A stretch of 64,000 nt of DNA from Azolla caroliniana. Its lineage: Eukaryota; Plantae; Polypodiophyta. The notes under the pieces are model-generated. The model ran no database searches, was not told the origin of the DNA, and saw only the letters and a program-made list of their open reading frames with translations. This document shows positions 15,328-27,600 of this stretch, in pieces (position 1 is the stretch's first letter; every line of letters starts with the position of its first letter). The stretch lies in contig JBHGNT010000149.1 of assembly GCA_043228905.1 (NCBI GenBank), forward strand, positions 1 to 64,000. Reading direction: 5' to 3'. The position numbers and the translations under genes are program-made.

Positions 15328-17190
15328 GTTCATACCTGGCTCGTGTGATATCGGATTTTTGTGTTCAAACATGCGAATCGAAGCTAACAATGCTAGCTAT
15401 GACATGGTATTAAAAAATCAAGATTTTGAAACTCAAGTCGAGAGATATGAAGAAATTAGCAATCTTGAGGAGGGAGTTGAGAGGAGCCCTTGAGTAAATT
15501 AAAATGTTCATACCTGGCTCGTGTGATATCGGATTTTTGTGTTCAACCATGCGAATCAAAGCTAACAACGCTACCTATGATATGGAACTAAAAAATCATG
15601 ATTTTGAAACTCAGGTCAAGAGATATGAAGAAATTAGCAATGTTGAGGAGGGAGTTGAGAGGAGCCCTTGAGTACATTAAAATGTTCATACCTGGCGCGT
15701 GTGATATCTGATTTTTGTGTTCAAACATGCGAATCGAAGCTAACAACGCTAGCTATTATATGGAACTAAAAAGTCAAGATTTTGAAACTCAGGTCGAGAG
15801 ATATGAAGAAATTAGCAATCTTGAGGAGGGAGTTGAGAGGAGCCCTTGAGTACATTAAAATGTTCATACCTGGCGCGTGTGATATCGGATTTTTGTGTTC
15901 AGACATGCGAATCGAAGCTAACAACGCTAGCTATTCTATGGAACTAAAAAATCAAGATTTTGAAATTGAGGTCGAGAGACATGAAGAAATTAGCAATCTT
16001 GAGGAGGGAGTTGAGAGGAGCCCTTGAGTATATTAAAATGTTTATACCTGGCTCGTGTGATATCTGATTTTTGTGTTCAAACATGCGAATCGAAGCTAAC
16101 AACGCTAGCTATTATATGGAACTAAAAAGTCAAGATTTTGACACTCAGGTCGAGAGACATGACGAAATTAGCAATCTTGAGGAGGGAGTTGAGAGGAGCC
16201 CTTGAGTAAATTAAAATGTTCATACCTGGCGCGTGTGATATCGGATGTTTGTGTTCAAACATGCGAATCGAAGCTAACAACGTTAGCTATGACATGGTAT
16301 TAAAAAATCAAGATTTTGAAACTCAAGTCGAGAGACATAACGAAATTACCTAATTTGAGGAGTGAGTTGAGAAGACCTAGTATGTAAATTAAAATGTTCA
16401 TACCTGGCTCGTGTGATATCGGATTTTTGTGTTCAAACATGCGAATCGAAGCTAACAACGCTAGCTATTCTATGGAACTAAAAAATCAAGATTTTGAAAC
16501 TCAGGTCGAGAGATATGAAGAAATTAGCAATCTTGAGGAGGGAGTTGAGAGGAGCCCTTGAGTACATTAAAATGTTCATACCTGGCGCGTGTGATATCTG
16601 ATTTTTGTGTTCAAACATGCGAATCGAAGCTAACAACGCTAGCTATTATATGGAACTAAAAAGTCAAGATTTTGAAACTCAGGTCGAGAGATATGAAGAA
16701 ATTAGCAATCTTGAGGAGGGAGTTGAGAGGAGCCCTTGAGTACATTAAAATGTTCATACCTGGCGCGTGTGATATCGGATTTTTGTGTTCAAACATGCGA
16801 ATCGAAGCTAACAACACTAGCTATTCTATGGAACTAAAAAATCAAGATTTTGAAACTCAGGTCGAGAGATATGAAGAAATTAGCAATCTTGAGGAGGGAG
16901 TTGAGAGGAGCCCTTGAGTACATTAAAATGTTCATACCTGGCTCGTGTGATATCGGATTTTTGTGTTCAAACATGCGAATCGAAGCTAACAATGCTAGCT
17001 ATGACATGGTATTAAAAAATCATGATTTTGAAACTCAGGTCGAGAGATATGAAGAAATTAGCAATCTTGAGGAGGGAGTTGAGAGGAGCCCTTGAGTACA
17101 TTAAAATGTTCAGACCTGGCGCGTGTGATATCGGATTTTTGTGTTCAAACATGCGAATCGAAGCTAACAACGCTAGCTATTATATGGAAC

Positions 17191-17202
17191 AACGCTAGCT
17201 AT
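17191..17202 (+). other. Templated insertion giving a 183-bp monomer (also at 20534, 24811, 37732, 42009, 43438, 44867)
   Basis: ggaac-TAAAAAA-tcatg is replaced by ggaac-AACGCTAGCTAT-tcatg (7 bp replaced by 12 bp, net +5). The insert matches the sequence about 22 bp upstream in the monomer. It always co-occurs with the ttcAGacc variant in the same monomer. Confidence 0.93.
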
Positions 17203-18002
17203 TCATGATTTTGAAACTCAGGTCGAGAGACATGACGAATTTACCAAATTGGAGGAGGGAGTTGAGAGGAGCCCTTGAGTATATTAAAATGTTCATACCT
17301 GGCGCGTGTGATATCGGATTTTTGTGTTCCAACATGCGAATCGAAGCTAACAACGCTAGCTATGACATGCTATTAAAAAATCAAGATTTTGAAACTCAAG
17401 TCGAGAGACATGACGAAATTACCTAATTTGAGGAGGGAGTTGAGACGAGCCCTTGAGTACATTAAAATGTTCATACCTGGCTCGTGTGATATCGGATTTT
17501 TGTGTTCAAACATGCGAATGGAAGCTAACAACGCTAGCTATGACATGGTATTAAAAAATCAAGATTTTGAAACTCAAGTCGAGAGATATGAAGAAATTAG
17601 CAATCTTGAGGAGGGAGTTGAGAGGAGCCCTTGAGTAAATTAAAATGTTCATACCTGGCGCGTGTGATATCGGATGTTTGTGTTCAAACGTGGGAATCGA
17701 AGCTAACAACGTTAGCTATGACATGGTATTAAAAAATCAAGATTTTGAAACTCAAGTCGAGAGACATAACGAAATTACCTAATTTGAGGAGTGAGTTGAG
17801 AAGACCTAGTATGTAAATTAAAATGTTCATACCTGGCTCGTGTGATATCGGATTTTTGTGTTCAAACATGCGAATCGAAGCTAACAACGCTAGCTATTCT
17901 ATGGAACTAAAAAATCATGATTTTGAAACTCAGGTCAAGAGATATGAAGAAATTAGCAATGTTGAGGAGGGAGTTGAGAGGAGCCCTTGAGTACATTAAA
18001 AT

Positions 18003-18069
18003 GTTCATACCTGACGAAATTACCTAATTTGAGGAGGGAGTTGAGACGACCTAGTAGGTAAATTAAAAT
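18003..18069 (+). repeat. Truncated 67-bp monomer, copy 5 of 7
   Basis: Identical junction catacctgacgaaattacc. Confidence 0.95.
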
Positions 18070-18603
18070 GTTCATACCTGGCTCGTGTGATATCGGATTT
18101 TTGTGTTCAAACATGCGAATCGAAGCTAACAATGCTAGCTATGACATGGTATTAAAAAATCAAGATTTTGAAACTCAAGTCGAGAGATATGAAGAAATTA
18201 GCAATCTTGAGGAGGGAGTTGAGAGGAGCCCTTGAGTAAATTAAAATGTTCATACCTGGCTCGTGTGATATCGGATTTTTGTGTTCAACCATGCGAATCA
18301 AAGCTAACAACGCTACCTATGATATGGAACTAAAAAATCATGATTTTGAAACTCAGGTCAAGAGATATGAAGAAATTAGCAATGTTGAGGAGGGAGTTGA
18401 GAGGAGCCCTTGAGTACATTAAAATGTTCATACCTGGCGCGTGTGATATCGGATTTTTGTGTTCAGACATGCGAATCGAAGCTAACAACGCTAGCTATTC
18501 TATGGAACTAAAAAATCATGATTTTGAAACTCAGGTCAAGAGATATGAAGAAATTAGCAATGTTGAGGAGGGAGTTGAGAGGAGCCCTTGAGTACATTAA
18601 AAT

Positions 18604-18670
18604 GTTCATACCTGACGAAATTACCTAATTTGAGGAGGGAGTTGAGACGACCTAGTAGGTAAATTAAAAT
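18604..18670 (+). repeat. Truncated 67-bp monomer, copy 6 of 7
   Basis: Identical junction, 601 bp (3x178 + 67) after copy 5. Confidence 0.95.
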
Positions 18671-21600
18671 GTTCATACCTGGCTCGTGTGATATCGGATT
18701 TTTGTGTTCAAACATGCGAATCGAAGCTAACAATGCTAGCTATGACATGGTATTAAAAAATCAAGATTTTGAAACTCAAGTCGAGAGATATGAAGAAATT
18801 AGCAATCTTGAGGAGGGAGTTGAGAGGAGCCCTTGAGTAAATTAAAATGTTCATACCTGGCTCGTGTGATATCGGATTTTTGTGTTCAACCATGCGAATC
18901 AAAGCTAACAACGCTACCTATGATATGGAACTAAAAAATCATGATTTTGAAACTCAGGTCAAGAGATATGAAGAAATTAGCAATGTTGAGGAGGGAGTTG
19001 AGAGGAGCCCTTGAGTACATTAAAATGTTCATACCTGGCGCGTGTGATATCTGATTTTTGTGTTCAAACATGCGAATCGAAGCTAACAACGCTAGCTATT
19101 ATATGGAACTAAAAAGTCAAGATTTTGAAACTCAGGTCGAGAGATATGAAGAAATTAGCAATCTTGAGGAGGGAGTTGAGAGGAGCCCTTGAGTACATTA
19201 AAATGTTCATACCTGGCGCGTGTGATATCGGATTTTTGTGTTCAGACATGCGAATCGAAGCTAACAACGCTAGCTATTCTATGGAACTAAAAAATCAAGA
19301 TTTTGAAATTGAGGTCGAGAGACATGAAGAAATTAGCAATCTTGAGGAGGGAGTTGAGAGGAGCCCTTGAGTATATTAAAATGTTTATACCTGGCTCGTG
19401 TGATATCGGATTTTTGTGTTCAAACATGCGAATCGAAGCTAACAACGCTAGCTATGACATGGTATTAAAAAATCAAGATTTTGACACTCAGGTCGAGAGA
19501 CATGACGAAATTAGCAATCTTGAGGAGGGAGTTGAGAGGAGCCCTTGAGTAAATTAAAATGTTCATACCTGGCGCGTGTGATATCGGATGTTTGTGTTCA
19601 AACATGCGAATCGAAGCTAACAACGTTAGCTATGACATGGTATTAAAAAATCAAGATTTTGAAACTCAAGTCGAGAGACATAACGAAATTACCTAATTTG
19701 AGGAGTGAGTTGAGAAGACCTAGTATGTAAATTAAAATGTTCATACCTGGCTCGTGTGATATCGGATTTTTGTGTTCAAACATGCGAATCGAAGCTAACA
19801 ACGCTAGCTATTCTATGGAACTAAAAAATCAAGATTTTGAAACTCAGGTCGAGAGATATGAAGAAATTAGCAATCTTGAGGAGGGAGTTGAGAGGAGCCC
19901 TTGAGTACATTAAAATGTTCATACCTGGCGCGTGTGATATCTGATTTTTGTGTTCAAACATGCGAATCGAAGCTAACAACGCTAGCTATTATATGGAACT
20001 AAAAAGTCAAGATTTTGAAACTCAGGTCGAGAGATATGAAGAAATTAGCAATCTTGAGGAGGGAGTTGAGAGGAGCCCTTGAGTACATTAAAATGTTCAT
20101 ACCTGGCGCGTGTGATATCGGATTTTTGTGTTCAAACATGCGAATCGAAGCTAACAACACTAGCTATTCTATGGAACTAAAAAATCAAGATTTTGAAACT
20201 CAGGTCGAGAGATATGAAGAAATTAGCAATCTTGAGGAGGGAGTTGAGAGGAGCCCTTGAGTACATTAAAATGTTCATACCTGGCTCGTGTGATATCGGA
20301 TTTTTGTGTTCAAACATGCGAATCGAAGCTAACAATGCTAGCTATGACATGGTATTAAAAAATCATGATTTTGAAACTCAGGTCGAGAGATATGAAGAAA
20401 TTAGCAATCTTGAGGAGGGAGTTGAGAGGAGCCCTTGAGTACATTAAAATGTTCAGACCTGGCGCGTGTGATATCGGATTTTTGTGTTCAAACATGCGAA
20501 TCGAAGCTAACAACGCTAGCTATTATATGGAACAACGCTAGCTATTCATGATTTTGAAACTCAGGTCGAGAGACATGACGAAATTACCAAATTGGAGGAG
20601 GGAGTTGAGAGGAGCCCTTGAGTATATTAAAATGTTCATACCTGGCGCGTGTGATATCGGATTTTTGTGTTCCAACATGCGAATCGAAGCTAACAACGCT
20701 AGCTATGACATGCTATTAAAAAATCAAGATTTTGAAACTCAAGTCGAGAGACATGACGAAATTACCTAATTTGAGGAGGGAGTTGAGACGAGCCCTTGAG
20801 TACATTAAAATGTTCATACCTGGCTCGTGTGATATCGGATTTTTGTGTTCAAACATGCGAATGGAAGCTAACAACGCTAGCTATGACATGGTATTAAAAA
20901 ATCAAGATTTTGAAACTCAAGTCGAGAGATATGAAGAAATTAGCAATCTTGAGGAGGGAGTTGAGAGGAGCCCTTGAGTAAATTAAAATGTTCATACCTG
21001 GCTCGTGTGATATCGGATTTTTGTGTTCAACCATGCGAATCAAAGCTAACAACGGTACCTATGATATGGAACTAAAAAATCAAGATTTTGAAACTCAGGT
21101 CAAGAGATATGAAGAAATTAGCAATGTTGAGGAGGGAGTTGAGAGGAGCCCTTGAGTACATTAAAATGTTCATACCTGGCTCGTGTGATATCGGATTTTT
21201 GTGTTCAAACATGCGAATCGAAGCTAACAATGCTAGCTATGACATGGTATTAAAAAATCAAGATTTTGAAACTCAAGTCGAGAGACATGACGAAATTACC
21301 TAATTTGAGGAGGGAGTTGAGACGACCTAGTAGGTAAATTAAAATGTTCATACCTGGCTCGTGTGATATCGGATTTTTGTGTTCAAACATGCGAATCAAA
21401 GCTAACAACGCTAGCTATGATATGGAACTAAAAAATCAAGATTTTGAAACTCAGGTCGAGAGATATGAAGAAATTAGCAATCTTGAGGAGGGAGTTGAGA
21501 GGAGCCCTTGAGTACATTAAAATGTTCATACCTGGCGCGTGTGATATCGTATTTTTGTGTTCAAACATGCGAATCGAAGCTAACAACGCTAGCTATTATA

Positions 21601-24600
21601 TGGAACTAAAAAATCAAGATTTTGAAACTCAGGTCCAGAAATATGAAGAAATTAGCAATCTTGAGGAGGGAGTTGAGAGGAGCCCTTGAGTACATTAAAA
21701 TGTTCATACCTGGCTCGTGTGATATCGGATTTTTGTGTTCAAACATGCGAATCGAAGCTAACAATGCTAGCTATGACATGGTATTAAAAAATCAAGATTT
21801 TGAAACTCAAGTCGAGAGACATGACGAAATTACCTAATTTGAGGAGGGAGTTGAGACGACCTAGTAGGTAAATTAAAATGTTCATACCTGGCTCGTGTGA
21901 TATCGGATTTTTGTGTTCAAACATGCGAATCAAAGCTAACAACGCTAGCTATGATATGGAACTAAAAAATCAAGATTTTGAAACTCAGGTCGAGAGATAT
22001 GAAGAAATTAGCAATCTTGAGGAGGGAGTTGAGAGGAGCCCTTGAGTACATTAAAATGTTCATACCTGGCTCGTGTGATATCGGATTTTTGTGTTCAAAC
22101 ATGCGAATCGAAGCTAACATTGCTAGCTATGACATGGTATTAAAAAATCAAGATTTTGAAACTCAAGTCGAGAGATATGAAGAAATTAGCAATCTTGAGG
22201 AGGGAGTTGAGAGGAGCCCTTGCGTAAATTAAAATGTTCATACCTGGCTCGTGTGATATCGGATTTTTGTGTTCAAACATGCGAATCGAAGCTAACAATG
22301 CTAGCTATGACATGGTATTAAAAAATCAAGATTTTGAAACTCAGGTCGAGAGATATGAAGAAATTAGCAATCTTGAGGAGGGAGTTGAGAGGAGCCCTTG
22401 AGTAAATTAAAATGTTCATACCTGGCTCGTGTGATATCGGATTTTTGTGTTCAAACATGCGAATCGATGCTAACAACGCTAGCTATGATATGGTATTAAA
22501 AAATCATGATTTTGAAACTCAGGTCGAGAGACATGACGAAATTACCAAATTGGAGGAGGGAGTTGAGAGGAGCCCTTGAGTATATTAAAATGTTCATACC
22601 TGGCGCGTGTGATATCGGATTTTTGTGTTCCAACATGCGAATCGAAGCTAACAACGCTAGCTATGACATGGTATTAAAAAATCAAGATTTTGAAACTCAG
22701 GTCGAGAGACATGAAGAAATTAGCAATCTTGAGGAGGGAGTTGAGAGGAGCCCTTGAGTAAATTAAAATGTTCATACCTGGCTCGTGTGATATCGGTTTT
22801 TTGTGTTCAAACATGCGAATCGAAGCTAAAAACGCTAGCTATGATATGGTATTCAAAAATCATGATTTCGAAATTGAGGTCGAGAGACATGAAGAAATTA
22901 GCAATCTTGAGGAGGGAGTTGAGAGGAGCCCTTGAGTACATTAAAATGTTCATACCTGGCTCGTGTGATATCGGATTTTTGTGTTCAAACATGCGAATCG
23001 AAGCTAACAACGCTAGCTATTATATGGAACTAAAAAATCAAGATTTTGAAACTCAGGTCCAGAAATATGAAGAAATTAGCAATCTTGAGGAGGGAGTTGA
23101 GAGGAGCCCTTGAGTACATTAAAATGTTCATACCTGGCTCGTGTGATATCGGATTTTTGTGTTCAAACATGTGAATCGAAGCTAACAACGCTAGCTATTC
23201 AATGGAACTAAAAAATCAAGATTTTGAAACTCAGGTCGAGAGATATGAAGAAATTAGCAATCTTGAGGAGGGAGTTGAGAGGAGCCCTTGAGTACATTAA
23301 AATGTTCATACCTGGCGCGTGTGATATCTGATTTTTGTGTTCAAACATGCGAATCGAAGCTAACAACGCTAGCTATTATATGGAACTAAAAAGTCAAGAT
23401 TTTGAAACTCAGGTCGAGAGATATGAAGAAATTAGCAATCTTGAGGAGGGAGTTGAGAGGAGCCCTTGAGTACATTAAAATGTTCATACCTGGCGCGTGT
23501 GATATCGGATTTTTGTGTTCAGACATGCGAATCGAAGCTAACAACGCTAGCTATTCTATGGAACTAAAAAATCAAGATTTTGAAATTGAGGTCGAGAGAC
23601 ATGAAGAAATTAGCAATCTTGAGGAGGGAGTTGAGAGGAGCCCTTGAGTATATTAAAATGTTTATACCTGGCTCGTGTGATATCGGATTTTTGTGTTCAA
23701 ACATGCGAATCGAAGCTAACAACGCTAGCTATGACATGGTATTAAAAAATCAAGATTTTGACACTCAGGTCGAGAGACATGACGAAATTAGCAATCTTGA
23801 GGAGGGAGTTGAGAGGAGCCCTTGAGTAAATTAAAATGTTCATACCTGGCGCGTGTGATATCGGATGTTTGTGTTCAAACATGCGAATCGAAGCTAACAA
23901 CGTTAGCTATGACATGGTATTAAAAAATCAAGATTTTGAAACTCAAGTCGAGAGACATAACGAAATTACCTAATTTGAGGAGTGAGTTGAGAAGACCTAG
24001 TATGTAAATTAAAATGTTCATACCTGGCTCGTGTGATATCGGATTTTTGTGTTCAAACATGCGAATCGAAGCTAACAACGCTAGCTATTCTATGGAACTA
24101 AAAAATCAAGATTTTGAAACTCAGGTCGAGAGATATGAAGAAATTAGCAATCTTGAGGAGGGAGTTGAGAGGAGCCCTTGAGTACATTAAAATGTTCATA
24201 CCTGGCGCGTGTGATATCTGATTTTTGTGTTCAAACATGCGAATCGAAGCTAACAACGCTAGCTATTATATGGAACTAAAAAGTCAAGATTTTGAAACTC
24301 AGGTCGAGAGATATGAAGAAATTAGCAATCTTGAGGAGGGAGTTGAGAGGAGCCCTTGAGTACATTAAAATGTTCATACCTGGCGCGTGTGATATCGGAT
24401 TTTTGTGTTCAAACATGCGAATCGAAGCTAACAATGCTAGCTATGACATGGTATTAAAAAATCAAGATTTTGAAACTCAGGTCGAGAGATATGAAGAAAT
24501 TAGCAATGTTGAGGAGGGAGTTGAGAGGAGCCCTTGAGTACATTAAAATGTTCATACCTGGCTCGTGTGATATCGGATTTTTGTGTTCAAACATGCGAAT

Positions 24601-27600
24601 CGAAGCTAACAATGCTAGCTATGACATGGTATTAAAAAATCATGATTTTGAAACTCAGGTCGAGAGATATGAAGAAATTAGCAATCTTGAGGAGGGAGTT
24701 GAGAGGAGCCCTTGAGTACATTAAAATGTTCAGACCTGGCGCGTGTGATATCGGATTTTTGTGTTCAAACATGCGAATCGAAGCTAACAACGCTAGCTAT
24801 TATATGGAACAACGCTAGCTATTCATGATTTTGAAACTCAGGTCGAGAGACATGACGAAATTACCAAATTGGAGGAGGGAGTTGAGAGGAGCCCTTGAGT
24901 ATATTAAAATGTTCATACCTGGCGCGTGTGATATCGGATTTTTGTGTTCCAACATGCGAATCGAAGCTAACAACGCTAGCTATGACATGCTATTAAAAAA
25001 TCAAGAATTTGAAACTCAAGTCGAGAGACATGACGAAATTACCTAATTTGAGGAGGGAGTTGAGACGAGCCCTTGAGTACATTAAAATGTTCATACCTGG
25101 CTCGTGTGATATCGGATTTTTGTGTTCAAACATGCGAATGGAAGCTAACAATGCTAGCTATGACATGGTATTAAAAAATCAAGATTTTGAAACTCAAGTC
25201 GAGAGATATGAAGAAATTAGCAATCTTGAGGAGGGAGTTGAGAGGAGCCCTTGAGTAAATTAAAATGTTCATACCTGGCTCGTGTGATATCGGATTTTTG
25301 TGTTCAACCATGCGAATCAAAGCTAACAACGCTACCTATGATATGGAACTAAAAAATCATGATTTTGAAACTCAGGTCAAGAGATATGAAGAAATTAGCA
25401 ATGTTGAGGAGGGAGTTGAGAGGAGCCCTTGAGTACATTAAAATGTTCATACCTGGCGCGTGTGATATCGGATTTTTGTGTTCAGACATGCGAATCGAAG
25501 CTAACAACGCTAGCTATTCTATGGAACTAAAAAATCAAGATTTTGAAATTGAGGTCGAGAGACATGAAGAAATTAGCAATCTTGAGGAGGGAGTTGAGAG
25601 GAGCCCTTGAGTACATTAAAATGTTCATACCTGGCGCGTGTGATATCTGATTTTTGTGTTCAAACATGCGAATCGAAGCTAACAACGCTAGCTATTATAT
25701 GGAACTAAAAAGTCAAGATTTTGAAACTCAGGTCGAGAGATATGAAGAAATTAGCAATCTTGAGGAGGGACTTGAGAGGAGCCCTTGAGTACATTAAAAT
25801 GTTCATACCTGGCTCGTGTGATATCGGATTTTTGTGTTCAAACATGCGAATCAAAGCTAACAACGCTAGCTATGATATGGAACTAAAAAATCAAGATTTT
25901 GAAACTCAGGTCGAGAGATATGAAGAAATTAGCAATCTTGAGGAGGGAGTTGAGAGGAGCCCTTGAGTACATTAAAATGTTCATACCTGGCTCGTGTGAT
26001 ATCGGATTTTTGTGTTCAAACATGCGAATCGAAGCTAACAATGCTAGCTATGACATGGTATTAAAAAATCAAGATTTTGAAACTCAAGTCGAGAGATATG
26101 AAGAAATTAGCAATCTTGAGGAGGGAGTTGAGAGGAGCCCTTGAGTAAATTAAAATGTTCATACCTGGCTCGTGTGATATCGGATTTTTGTGTTCAAACA
26201 TGCGAATCGAAGCTAACAATGCTAGCTATGACATGGTATTAAAAAATCAAGATTTTGAAACTCAGGTCGAGAGATATGAAGAAATTAGCAATCTTGAGGA
26301 GGGAGTTGAGAGGAGCCCTTGAGTAAATTAAAATGTTCATACCTGGCTCGTGTGATATCGGATTTTTGTGTTTAAACATGCGAATCGAAGCTAACAACGC
26401 TAGCTATGATATGGTATTAAAAAATCATGATTTTGAAACTCAGGTCGATAGACATGACGAAATTAGCAATCTTGAGGAGGGAGTTGAGAGGAGCCCTTGA
26501 GTACATTAAAATGTTCATACCTGGCGCGTGTGATATCTGATTTTTGTGTTCAAACATGCGAATCGAAGCTAACAACGCTAGCTATTATATGGAACTAAAA
26601 AGTCAAGATTTTGAAACTCAGGTCGAGAGATATGAAGAAATTAGCAATCTTGAGGAGGGAGTTGAGAGGAGCCCTTGAGTACATTAAAATGTTCATACCT
26701 GGCGCGTGTGATATCGGATTTTTGTGTTCAGACATGCGAATCGAAGCTAACAACGCTAGCTATTCTATGGAACTAAAAAATCAAGATTTTGAAATTGAGG
26801 TCGAGAGACATGAAGAAATTAGCAATCTTGAGGAGGGAGTTGAGAGGAGCCCTTGAGTATATTAAAATGTTTATACCTGGCTCGTGTGATATCGGATTTT
26901 TGTGTTCAAACATGCGAATCGAAGCTAACAACGCTAGCTATGACATGGTATTAAAAAATCAAGATTTTGAAACTCAGGTCGAGAGATATGAAGAAATTAG
27001 CAATCTTGAGGAGGGAGTTGAGAGGAGCCCTTGAGTACATTAAAATGTTCATACCTGGCTCGTGTGATATCGGATTTTTGTGTTCAAACATGCGAATCGA
27101 AGCTAACAACGCTAGCTATTATATGGAACTAAAAAGTCAAGATTTTGAAACTCAGGTCGAGAGATATGAAGAAATTAGCAATCTTGAGGAGGGAGTTGAG
27201 AGGAGCCCTTGAGTACATTAAAATGTTCATACCTGGCGCGTGTGATATCGGATTTTTGTGTTCAAACATGCGAATCGAAGCTAACAATGCTAGCTATGAC
27301 ATGGTATTAAAAAATCAAGATTTTGAAACTCAGGTCGAGAGATATGAAGAAATTAGCAATCTTGAGGAGGGAGTTGAGAGGAGCCCTTGAGTAAATTAAA
27401 ATGTTCATACCTGGCGCGTGTGATATCGGATTTTTGTGTTCCAACATGCGAATCGAAGCTAACAACGCTAGCTATGACATGGTATTAAAAAATTAAGATT
27501 TTGAAACTCAGGTCGAGAGATATGAAGAAATTAGCAATCTTGAGGAGGGAGTTGAGAGGAGCCCTTGAGTACATTAAAATGTTCATACCTGGCTCGTGTG

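Larger units (their letters stand above)
1..15330 (+). repeat. Nested higher-order repeats in the proximal domain (periods 1669, 4339, 7721 and 12060 bp)
   Basis: The marker pair of monomers (ccaaattgg...gttgcgagg, aacaatttt, atttcgaattt) recurs at 22, 1691, 4361, 6030, 12082 and 13751. 1669 = 9x178 + 67; 4339 = 24x178 + 67; 7721 = 43x178 + 67 (2587->10308); 12060 = 67x178 + 134. Confidence 0.85.
14997..20977 (+). repeat. Local duplication at offset 3343 bp within copy A
   Basis: ORFs 14997->18340, 15782->19125, 16672->20015, 17205->20548 and 17389->20732. 3343 = 18x178 + 2x67 + 5. Confidence 0.85.
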
